Virus record (IMG/VR): IMGVR_UViG_3300011577_000001
DNA from: a virus
Lineage: Duplodnaviria > Caudoviricetes
Length of the DNA stretch: 64,000 bases
Direction: 5' to 3' (one strand)
Below the pieces are notes generated by a model. That model searched no databases. It was not told the DNA's origin and saw only the letters and a list, made by a program, of their open reading frames with translations. Made by a program: the position numbers and the translations under genes. Shown one piece after another: positions 49,329 to 57,596 of the stretch; within the stretch, counting starts at the first letter, position 1; each line of letters begins with the position of its first letter.

Positions 49329-49964
49329 TTAGTGGCGCGACTTTGGATTGATGTCGATGCCGGGCAAACGGGATACTGCGGTTAAGAGACGGCGTACGTG
49401 AGAGACCTGAATACTGATACGGGAAGGACCACCACGAGGATAACCACGACCGCGAGTGATTTGCTGCACAGCTTCATTGAGAGCGTCAACTAACCCTTGA
49501 ATGAACTCACGTTCTTCCTTCATTGGTTGGAAACGCATTGGACAGAGTCGAACGAATTCTTCAACAGTCCAACCCATGATGAAGATCTCGCCGTCTTTAA
49601 CAACGACTTCTTCAGCAGGATCGGTCTTCAAGTACTTGAAATACAGAACCGTTGCGTTGTCTCTCTTCTGCTTGGGTGGTGGGTAAACGATGTCTCGAAG
49701 TTCATCGATCGTGTTAGGACGAATTGCTTCGATCAACTTCATCACCGATGCTGGGGGTAGCGGCTCACGGCGCAATTGATTCCCGTAATCGAGTCCAAGT
49801 TTGATCTTGAATCCGCTCGGGGAATGTGCAATAGCGAAAGGCTGGTGTTGGTCCACGCCAACAATCGTGTAGTAACTCGCATCCGAGAACTGAAGTTTGT
49901 TGTCGTAGTTATAAAGCAGTGCATGGATAAGAAGCCTGAGGCCTTCTCGCATGATGTTCTCCAA
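49329..49964 (-). CDS. hypothetical protein
   Basis: ORF; GGAG RBS suggests start at 49952. Confidence 0.65.
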   Translation of the reverse strand: MENIMREGLRLLIHALLYNYDNKLQFSDASYYTIVGVDQHQPFAIAHSPSGFKIKLGLDYGNQLRREPLPPASVMKLIEAIRPNTIDELRDIVYPPPKQKRDNATVLYFKYLKTDPAEEVVVKDGEIFIMGWTVEEFVRLCPMRFQPMKEEREFIQGLVDALNEAVQQITRGRGYPRGGPSRISIQVSHVRRLLTAVSRLPGIDINPKSRH

Positions 49965-50007
49965 AGAACAGAAATTAGAATGGGGAACCGAGGCTCCCCA
50001 GTGTCGC

Positions 50008-50487
50008 TTATTTCAGGCGAGCCATCGCGTCAGCCAGAGCACGGTCGGCGTGCTGAGCACGGACTTCCGATTGAGCCAGCTCACGCTCAGAAGCAGCGAG
50101 GTTCTGACGGGCACGTTGGATGCCTTCTACCAGAGTAGGGGCAGCAGCAGTAGGGGCGTCACCGTCTTTACGCTTGGCTACATCGGACAGCATGATGGGA
50201 GTGCAGTTGAACTCGCGGCAGGACTTGCGCAACATATTCACGTCAGTAGGGATCGACTCACGACGTTTGAACACGAAGTCGAACAGTTCGTCACCGATGA
50301 TGACTACGCCCATACCCAGGTAGGTGTGGAAGTGGCGACCACCGATGTTAACGACGCACAGATCACGCTCGTAGGGATCGTTCTCTTTCGAGGTGCCGAC
50401 TTCTACGGTGTGGACCAGGGTTTGTACTTGGGTGTTCTTCAGACGAGCAACGCCGGAAGACAGAATCAGGTTGTCGATTGCTTTCAT
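50008..50487 (-). CDS. early hypothetical protein with C-terminal coiled coil
   Basis: First gene after early promoter; strong codon bias. Confidence 0.7.
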   Translation of the reverse strand: MKAIDNLILSSGVARLKNTQVQTLVHTVEVGTSKENDPYERDLCVVNIGGRHFHTYLGMGVVIIGDELFDFVFKRRESIPTDVNMLRKSCREFNCTPIMLSDVAKRKDGDAPTAAAPTLVEGIQRARQNLAASERELAQSEVRAQHADRALADAMARLK

Positions 50488-50549
50488 GGTACGATTCCTT
50501 CTAAGGGTTTAAGGTTAGATGAAAGGGATTTAGTATCCTATTCACTTTC

Positions 50550-50587
50550 GTAATATGTATCTGAGATTTTTTTGATTCCAGTTTACA
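50550..50587 (-). promoter_or_regulatory. early promoter
   Basis: TGTAAACTGGAATCAAAAAAATCTCAGATACATATTAC; near copy of 31588-31625. Confidence 0.7.
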
Positions 50588-50592
50588 CGTAT

Positions 50593-50740
50593 GTAGTGAA
50601 TACAGGCAATGTCAACATTGCTCGCAAGGGGGTGATCCAGCCTTAGTGTGGTCTCCGAATCCTTGTATCGCTGGGAAGCGTAATAAAACGGATTCACGGC
50701 TGCCTGTATCCAGTCCGCCCTTCGGGGCGGACTCCTATTC
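50593..50740 (+). ncRNA. putative structured small RNA or leader with 17-nt complement to the 16S rRNA 3' end
   Basis: TATG start motif 50590-50593; closing stem ATACAGGCA/TGCCTGTAT; AAGGGGGTGATCCAGCC at 50626-50642; UUCG hairpin 50712-50733. Confidence 0.5.
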
Positions 50741-50762
50741 CCAAAATCAACAGGTATCGAAC

Positions 50763-51257
50763 ATGACCACCAAGATGACGATCGATTACGATACGATCAT
50801 GCAGGGGCTTGAGAAAGCTGTAGAAGAGCGTAAAGAAGCGGCGGCATGGACCATGGCTAAAGGTCCCACGTTGTTGAAAGAATTCTGTACCATTGGCGTT
50901 ATTGTCCCTAGACAGTGTGGCCGCACCTACACTGCACTTAAACGCTTGGTAGCAAACGAACGTTCAATGTTGATTGTTCCAAACGGGTCTATCCGTGATG
51001 CAATGGCCTGCAACTACCATCATCACTGTGGAGACGAGTTGAACGCCTACGCCAAGTCCCGCATCTACACTTACGGTAATATTGCCTCGGCGATCGCTAA
51101 GGTGGAGGATGGTCAACAGGACATCCTTTGTGCCAATGTGACCGAGATCATCGTGGATGACGCTCTGTACTTCTTCGAACACATTCGCCGTAACAAGTTC
51201 TACAAATGGCTTCACGCTCGCGGTGGGAATGACCAGTTGATTGTCCTGTTGAGCTAA
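50763..51257 (+). CDS. small P-loop/terminase-ATPase-like domain protein
   Basis: PRQCGRT Walker A-like and IIVDD Walker B-like motifs; 164 aa. Confidence 0.55.
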   Translation: MTTKMTIDYDTIMQGLEKAVEERKEAAAWTMAKGPTLLKEFCTIGVIVPRQCGRTYTALKRLVANERSMLIVPNGSIRDAMACNYHHHCGDELNAYAKSRIYTYGNIASAIAKVEDGQQDILCANVTEIIVDDALYFFEHIRRNKFYKWLHARGGNDQLIVLLS

Positions 51258-51294
51258 AAAAAAAGCAGGGGATGCGGCCCCTGCTTTTATGCCC

Positions 51295-51651
51295 TTAGAT
51301 ACGGGCACCAGCTTTCTTCAAAGCCGCTTTTACCAATGGGTTCTGTTTGGTCTTGTCCTCGGACATGAGCTTAAGGAGGGTCGGGCTGGATTTAACCAAC
51401 TCGGAGATTTCGATCTCATACCGACCACCCTTACGGATGTGCAGTATACCGAGCTGCCAGCCAAACTCGATACTGGCGAACTCGATGAAGTCGCCTTCGT
51501 TGCAATAGCTGATAGCCAACTGCAACATCCGAGGGATAGCTGTGTCTAAGTAACTGTAACGCCGCACATCAATGATCTCTTTGGATTTACCGCGAGTCAT
51601 GGTGGCGATGATACGACGAGGGGCGATTGCTTTTTGTTCCGATGTAGCCAT
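51295..51651 (-). CDS. hypothetical protein
   Basis: ORF with AAGGA RBS. Confidence 0.65.
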   Translation of the reverse strand: MATSEQKAIAPRRIIATMTRGKSKEIIDVRRYSYLDTAIPRMLQLAISYCNEGDFIEFASIEFGWQLGILHIRKGGRYEIEISELVKSSPTLLKLMSEDKTKQNPLVKAALKKAGARI

Positions 51652-51717
51652 TTTCTATTTTCCTTCTTAGGACTAAAGTTTAATGGGGGGTTCTTCAATA
51701 AACCCCTTTATGCCTTG

Positions 51718-52392
51718 TTACTTCAAGCGCATGTTACGTTGAGCGATTTTCAGGATGTCCTCGTACGACTGAGCAGGACGAACCCTTTCTTTCATGCCAA
51801 GCTTTTGTTTGCCTGTTTCCTTGTCCAACTTCCAACCAGCAACGCTGTAGGTGTCGGTGCTGGAATGTTTGTCTCGATGGATAGCCATGCGGAAAGCAAA
51901 GAACCAACCGATCTTGAAAGATTCAAGGTAGGTGTGGAAGTAGGATGCACCAGAACCAATGGCCACAGGTAGTTCTTTCTGTGGGATCTCGCGGAGAAAC
52001 ATCAGCTTTTTGCGAGGACTGACGCTAAACCGATAGACCTCATGGTTCTCTGTGACGATCAGAGCCTGACCATCTGGAATGCGGGTGTTCTCCATGTTCA
52101 CAGCGCTGAAAGCATCAACGATGTGTTTAAGGTCAGAACGTGCAGTCCAGATAGCCTTGATGAAGGAGGTCATGTTGGAAGAACCACAGGTTCCCATGAA
52201 GACCGCTTTGCGACCTTCGATCAACCGATGATCCAGTTTAGACTCTTTATCAAGGAGTGTGATCTTTGTAGCTTCTTCTTTACTACTGTGGCCAGTAGAC
52301 CCACAGTCGTTACAAGCGTAGTTGTTGGGGTTGATGTTCGTTGACCGTTTGTCAGCGTACATCGCGTGTCCGTTTGTTGCAACTGTCGTCAC
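51718..52392 (-). CDS. Ntn-hydrolase (HslV/proteasome beta-like) peptidase
   Basis: MTTVA....M.AD.R.T N-terminal Thr pattern and AIGSG. Confidence 0.6.
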   Translation of the reverse strand: MTTVATNGHAMYADKRSTNINPNNYACNDCGSTGHSSKEEATKITLLDKESKLDHRLIEGRKAVFMGTCGSSNMTSFIKAIWTARSDLKHIVDAFSAVNMENTRIPDGQALIVTENHEVYRFSVSPRKKLMFLREIPQKELPVAIGSGASYFHTYLESFKIGWFFAFRMAIHRDKHSSTDTYSVAGWKLDKETGKQKLGMKERVRPAQSYEDILKIAQRNMRLK

Positions 52393-52451
52393 AGGCTATT
52401 CCTTCTTAGGATCTAATTAGTGGGGTCCCCGAGAGGACCCCGTTATGTCAC

Positions 52452-53531
52452 TTACTTGTCAGCGTTCAGTTCGAACCGCTTGCGGAAGTGTTGCAACAGA
52501 CCAGCCTTGATCTCGGCACGCTTCTTGACACCGACGCCGTCGATGCAGATGAAGGCTTCGTTGATCGCTTCTTCTGCTGCTACCATGTACTTCTCGAGCG
52601 TAACCTTGCTGTCGCTCTGGAAGTGACGCTGATACACCGCACCGAGGCTAACGGTGGTGGCGTGCCCCAGTGAACCAGGTTCGAGAGGCAGCAAGGTGGT
52701 GAGCATTTCACACACTTGCTTTTCGCTGAACGTTGGGCTGTTGTGGACACCACCACGGTGAATGCCACTGCGAGCTTCGTCTTTCGGTAGGTTGTACGGC
52801 ATCGGGTTGACGCCACGTACTCGCCAACCTTTGATCGAGTACTCGCGAGTGAAGCGAATGAACTCGTTGTAACCTTTGGCCGAAGTGACTACCTTCAAGC
52901 CTAACGGCAGGCTATCGCCGTGACGCTTGGTGACGAACCAGATGTTGCCGTTATCGCACCACATCAGAATGTTGCCAAACTCGAGATCGGTGCGTTCGTT
53001 ATCACGACCACGATGGTATTGGCCTTCGCCGAAGAACTCGAGGTTGATCATAGCTTTCGGGGTGTGGAAGAGCCCCTCGGTGTCAATGAACTTGTCGACG
53101 CCGTCGAAAGTCACCAGCGCATTGCTGTGGAAGCACGGGAAGATCTCCTTGGTAGGGAGGAACTCCAGCAACTTGACGTAGTTGTGATCGTAGTTGCCGC
53201 TGAGCAACATGGCGAACAACTCATCCACCGTGGTGCCTTCGTGTCGACCCTGGAGGTAGCGGAAGTGGTAACCGTTGTCATCGAACTCTGTGACTACTTC
53301 GACCAGCGCAGTGCGATTGGCGGCTGGGTTCTGTGTGACGTCTCCAGTGAGTACCAACGGAAGGTAATGTTCTTTACAGAACAGCAGTTGCTTCGGAACA
53401 TCGTTGAACGTGAACAGCGCTACCGCTTGTACGGTGAGAGGACCACCATCACGACGAGAGCCGGAAGGTGGCATCACAACAACGTTCTTCTGGGCGAACA
53501 GTTTATCTACAACAGGCTGGAGCAGAGACAT
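52452..53531 (-). CDS. early hypothetical protein
   Basis: 359-aa ORF downstream of early promoter. Confidence 0.7.
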   Translation of the reverse strand: MSLLQPVVDKLFAQKNVVVMPPSGSRRDGGPLTVQAVALFTFNDVPKQLLFCKEHYLPLVLTGDVTQNPAANRTALVEVVTEFDDNGYHFRYLQGRHEGTTVDELFAMLLSGNYDHNYVKLLEFLPTKEIFPCFHSNALVTFDGVDKFIDTEGLFHTPKAMINLEFFGEGQYHRGRDNERTDLEFGNILMWCDNGNIWFVTKRHGDSLPLGLKVVTSAKGYNEFIRFTREYSIKGWRVRGVNPMPYNLPKDEARSGIHRGGVHNSPTFSEKQVCEMLTTLLPLEPGSLGHATTVSLGAVYQRHFQSDSKVTLEKYMVAAEEAINEAFICIDGVGVKKRAEIKAGLLQHFRKRFELNADK

Positions 53532-53604
53532 ACGACATCTTCCTTCTAAGGATTCATAAATAGCTTAGGTGTGTGAGAATTAACAACCGTTGTTCCTCAC
53601 CTGG

Positions 53605-53632
53605 GTAATATGTATCTCAAATTTGTTTCATT
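53605..53632 (-). promoter_or_regulatory. early promoter
   Basis: AATGAAACAAATTTGAGATACATATTAC. Confidence 0.65.
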
Positions 53633-53656
53633 GCGGCATAGAGGGCCCGAAGGCCC

Positions 53657-54097
53657 TCAGAACAAAAGGATGTCGATTGGGAGTTCTGTTTCGCTCAGAC
53701 ACTCGTGTACCAAGGGTTTGAAGACCTTGATGTAATCGAGTTGTCCGTAGCCACAACCGAGAGCAGGCATCGCGAGTTCCGTGATGCCCAGCTCTTTATA
53801 CCGCGCAACCAGATCCTTGAATCCAGCTTCGAGGTATTCCTTCTTGCTCGGCTTGGACCAATGCTGCTTCGTGGGAAACAACAAGACACGGAACGGACCG
53901 ACGTCGTAAGTCACAAGCTTGCCTACAGCCAAGTCACCTGAACGCAAGGCGGCTTGATAGAACTCCAACAGCCCAGGAATCCTGATCTTGAACTGGAGCG
54001 CCAAACCATTGCCCAAAGTACCTGCGGTGTTCACAGGACAAGCAATGGTCTGGACTCCACAGGAGAACAAGTCTCCTTCACCCTCGAATCGGATCAT
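53657..54097 (-). CDS. macrodomain protein (DarG-like ADP-ribosylglycohydrolase)
   Basis: GDLF, PVNTAGTLGNGLALQFK, FPTKQHWSKPS..EY, PALGCGYGQL. Confidence 0.85.
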   Translation of the reverse strand: MIRFEGEGDLFSCGVQTIACPVNTAGTLGNGLALQFKIRIPGLLEFYQAALRSGDLAVGKLVTYDVGPFRVLLFPTKQHWSKPSKKEYLEAGFKDLVARYKELGITELAMPALGCGYGQLDYIKVFKPLVHECLSETELPIDILLF

Positions 54098-54516
54098 TAG
54101 GTCTTCCTCGTGTTTTGATTCTGTTGTAGCTGACGAATCTGCTGTTCCGTAGGCAAGGTTGCCCGGTTGGCATCTTCGGCAGTGATTCGCAGGATCAAAC
54201 GGTGAATCTCTCGAGGCAAGGCCAAGAACTGATCAACCGTGTAGCCCCAGCGCTTATAGATCTCGTTGACGTTGTACTGGTAGATCGCTCTGTAAAGACC
54301 ACCGTACTCGTGGTAGTCTTCTTTGTCAAAGCGAGCTGCCAATGCCAACGGACGAGACCTGTCATTGAGATGGTCGTAAATCCCATAATCAATGTCGTAT
54401 GCGTCACGCAATACTAATTGGGCAGAAATGCTATCGAGCTTCGGCGTTGTTTCCAACAGATGCTCGACTTGCCCTTTGGCACCGACGCGACCCAATCCGA
54501 AGCCTGGCATAGCCAC
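54097..54516 (-). CDS. tail-assembly-chaperone T-like ORF, probably reached by -1 frameshift
   Basis: WGYT.DQFL.LP motif; frame open back to the T8 run at 54604-54611; weak RBS. Confidence 0.55.
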   Translation of the reverse strand: MAMPGFGLGRVGAKGQVEHLLETTPKLDSISAQLVLRDAYDIDYGIYDHLNDRSRPLALAARFDKEDYHEYGGLYRAIYQYNVNEIYKRWGYTVDQFLALPREIHRLILRITAEDANRATLPTEQQIRQLQQNQNTRKT

Positions 54517-54551
54517 ATGGCGATCGTTGTGTTCTCTGATCTCGGGATCGA

Positions 54552-56105
54552 TTACAAGAGGGAGGCTTTTGAAAGGACTTTGCTGATGCGTTGGGAGAGC
54601 AGGAAAAAAAACACTCGAGCCACATCCAGGGGAATGACGTGCGGGTGTACTTTGTGCTCTGCGGTCATCTGCGGGAAGTTACAGGCCGGGCAGTTATGGC
54701 GCGGCAGACCAACCAGCGAGATGGTGGAGTCATCGATGAACTTACCAATCGACTCGATGAACTTGTTACGCAGTTCTTCGTTGGTCGAGAAGGTAGCCAT
54801 CAGACCTTCCACAGTTTCACGGTCAGTGCCCAGTTGGACATCGCCGTTACCCATGTGGACTTCCTGCACCCAGTGGCCGTATTGACGCATGGTCGACAGA
54901 CGACCCTGGTTGCTGATGTAGGCGTCGCGCTCGTCGCCTTTCAGCGGAACTTGGAACGCGCTTTCCATCATGTCCACAATACCACCAACCCAGGTGAAGC
55001 CCGAGTCTTCGTATTGTTGCAGGTTCGGAACAGCCAGGGTAGCCGAAACGACTTCCGACAGTTCCACACGACGTTGACCACCACGAACGTGTTCGGACTC
55101 GTAGCGCTTGATGTCCTCGTCGGTCATGCGGGCTTTGCGCTGCTGCATGCGGCGCTTCTGCCATGGCGACAGAGATGCCTTGTCGGTGTAGATCAGCTTG
55201 CCCAGGTCGAGCATTTCTTTGATCACGTGCTTGCACGACGCGTCGGTGTTCACGCACGCCTGAGCGTACGGATAACCGTTCGGGTACATTGCCAGCGCAA
55301 TACCCCACAGGATGGTCGGGATGTCGGTGACCTTGATGATCGACTTGAGGTAGTCGATGTTCAGCTCTTTGGCGTTGGTTTCGAACACGTAGGTGAACGC
55401 GAAGTTCAACAAGTAGTTGATCTGGTAGACCGAGGTGTTCGAGAACAGCAGGCCGTTGGTGAAGCGACCGAGGGTGATCTTGTCGTTGGCGATGCGACGT
55501 TCCAGCTCCAGGATCGCAGCTTCTGGTGGAGCCTTGAAGCTCAGCCAGATACCGGTGTGCCACAGTGGGATCGACACAATCGAACCCAGGCCGGTGGCTG
55601 CCGCGGCAAAGATCATGGCGCGTTCGCCGGTCAGTACGCCACCGCCAGTGTCGAACTTCGGACGAGCGGCACCGAGCTTCTGACCTTCAACTTCGATGTA
55701 CTGAACCCACTCGGAGTCATCGCGGTTCATCGAAGCAGCCAGCGGGTTACCACGCATCAGGGCGTCTTGGCCCTTGTTCAGCGTGTTGGTCCACAGACGC
55801 GTGGTCGGATCACCAGCCGAGTTGATGTTCGGGTAGTTGTCGATCAGCGCGTTCAGGTCGAGGGCGTCGCCACCGAGCAGTTGCAGAGTGGAGTTCTCTG
55901 CTTCGTAGTCGATGTACTGGAGTTCCTTTTCAGTCGGCTTGCGGCTGTGGGGAATCTCTTGGGTGACCCGAGGGTTGTGGGTCTTGGTCTGGTAGTCGTG
56001 GCTCTGAGAAGTCGGATCGAGGCTTGCTTTGGTCACCTCGTTCGAAGAAGCAGGGACACCCTGCTCTTCTGGACTTGCGCCTTGACCGTCATCATTGATA
56101 GGCAT
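54552..56105 (-). CDS. baseplate/tail assembly chaperone-like protein
   Basis: C....C.H and CPAC cysteine pairs; C-terminal PLD..RVFFF. Confidence 0.55.
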   Translation of the reverse strand: MPINDDGQGASPEEQGVPASSNEVTKASLDPTSQSHDYQTKTHNPRVTQEIPHSRKPTEKELQYIDYEAENSTLQLLGGDALDLNALIDNYPNINSAGDPTTRLWTNTLNKGQDALMRGNPLAASMNRDDSEWVQYIEVEGQKLGAARPKFDTGGGVLTGERAMIFAAAATGLGSIVSIPLWHTGIWLSFKAPPEAAILELERRIANDKITLGRFTNGLLFSNTSVYQINYLLNFAFTYVFETNAKELNIDYLKSIIKVTDIPTILWGIALAMYPNGYPYAQACVNTDASCKHVIKEMLDLGKLIYTDKASLSPWQKRRMQQRKARMTDEDIKRYESEHVRGGQRRVELSEVVSATLAVPNLQQYEDSGFTWVGGIVDMMESAFQVPLKGDERDAYISNQGRLSTMRQYGHWVQEVHMGNGDVQLGTDRETVEGLMATFSTNEELRNKFIESIGKFIDDSTISLVGLPRHNCPACNFPQMTAEHKVHPHVIPLDVARVFFFLLSQRISKVLSKASLL

Positions 56106-56116
56106 TTACCTGCTCC

Positions 56117-56629
56117 TTACAGCGAGGACAGTTCAGGGGTTTGGACTGGCGCGACTTGGCCAGGTTGGGTGGTAGCCACAACGTCAGCAGGCTGGAAGAA
56201 GCCAGTCACGTTGTACGCAGCCGGGATCACAACCAATTGATATGACGTGATCCATTCGCTGTACTCTTCTGCGATCGAAAGCACAGCGGCCAGCAGGTCT
56301 TCCTGCGTCAGGGTTGGGTTGCCCTGTTGGGCACGAGCCAACTCAACGTGCTTGGCGTGGATGACTTCCAGCTTAGCACGATAGGTCTGCATATCGCGGT
56401 TCAGTACTTCGACCGCAGCCATCAGACCCTTCGGATCTTGCACCGCACGGCTGACCAGCTCCTTGTTGCGGATGAGGATCAGTGCGTTGGACGGACTGGT
56501 GCGCAGTGCGTTGCACTCGGCCAGCAGTTCATCCAGACCCATCCAAACGGACAGGCCTTCATTGTGAGCTTTCAGTTCGCTCACATTATTTGGCCCGCGA
56601 TATTTCGAGCGACTTTGGGAATTCGACAT
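56117..56629 (-). CDS. conserved hypothetical helical protein
   Basis: AGGA RBS favours start at 56629. Confidence 0.65.
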   Translation of the reverse strand: MSNSQSRSKYRGPNNVSELKAHNEGLSVWMGLDELLAECNALRTSPSNALILIRNKELVSRAVQDPKGLMAAVEVLNRDMQTYRAKLEVIHAKHVELARAQQGNPTLTQEDLLAAVLSIAEEYSEWITSYQLVVIPAAYNVTGFFQPADVVATTQPGQVAPVQTPELSSL

Positions 56630-56741
56630 TGCTTCTGAGTTCCTGTGGTAAAAAGTTACGTGCCGGTGGACTGAATAAAAGAAAAGAGGCACTTTTCCTA
56701 TAATTGGAAGTCGGTGTATTATTTAACAGATAGGACAGTCT

Positions 56742-57596
56742 ATGACTATTGATGAACTTGAGGTCTACCTCGATCAGCGCATCTCACCCGAGGCGACCGA
56801 GTCACTGGTTGACTGTGCTCGCGTGATGTGCGAATCCGGTTTGGTCACTCACTTAGATGACATCGAAGACATCATTGCCGTTGAGGACGGTGTGGGTCGT
56901 GATGCTACCATGGCCAAAATCCGCAACTATTTGGAAGACGCACTCGAAGCTTGCGTCAACCAGTTCGGTGTTACCCTGCAACAAGGGATTGACATCAACC
57001 TGCGTCACTTAGTTGCTTTGCAACGCGGGATCAACCAGATCACCAACTTCGAGGACATCGAGACCATCGAAGCGTACTGTCTGTCCGAAGAAGATCCTGA
57101 ACAACGTCTGGCTGACATGTTGGAGTTGCTCACTGAATACACGTGGGCCGACTACTTACTGTTTGTACAAGAAGTCAGTCCATCACTGTTCAAGCGCATC
57201 CTTGAAGAGATCACCAAGCCGGACGAACTCGAAGAGATCGACAACTCGGACAACGCAATTCTGCTGCGCACCAAATCGTTACTGCTCAAGGTTGAGAAGC
57301 CTTGGCTGATCGATGAGATCGAAGACGGGGCTACGCTGGGTCTGCCTCTGGAAGCGCTGATCATTCGTTTCCGTGCTCGTTACGAAGCAGCACTTGCTCA
57401 AACTATGGATTGGAACCGTAAGCCTCAACTGTTGGCTGAACAGTACCTTCTGTATGTGCTCGCCTCGAACGTTCCAGACGACAAGTTGCTGGAAGCTGCA
57501 CAGACCCAGGCCGAAGACGTGATCCATCACATGCCAACCTTGTCGGCTGTGTTGCGTCATTGCCAACAACTCTTAAGTCAGGTGCCCACTAAATGA
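56742..57596 (+). CDS. hypothetical acidic protein coupled to the RNAP subunit gene
   Basis: AGGA RBS; ATGA overlap with 57593. Confidence 0.7.
   Translation: MTIDELEVYLDQRISPEATESLVDCARVMCESGLVTHLDDIEDIIAVEDGVGRDATMAKIRNYLEDALEACVNQFGVTLQQGIDINLRHLVALQRGINQITNFEDIETIEAYCLSEEDPEQRLADMLELLTEYTWADYLLFVQEVSPSLFKRILEEITKPDELEEIDNSDNAILLRTKSLLLKVEKPWLIDEIEDGATLGLPLEALIIRFRARYEAALAQTMDWNRKPQLLAEQYLLYVLASNVPDDKLLEAAQTQAEDVIHHMPTLSAVLRHCQQLLSQVPTK

Noticed and set aside
50626-50642. Captured 16S rRNA gene fragment
   Set aside because: Similarity stops after 17 nt; treated as a complementary tract, not an rRNA gene.
50646-50762. N-terminal extension of the ORF from GTG 50646
   Set aside because: Poor SD spacing and it runs through a strong hairpin; ATG 50763 is preferred, though the extension is not excluded.
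50763-51257. Terminase large subunit
   Set aside because: Far too short and lacks a nuclease domain.
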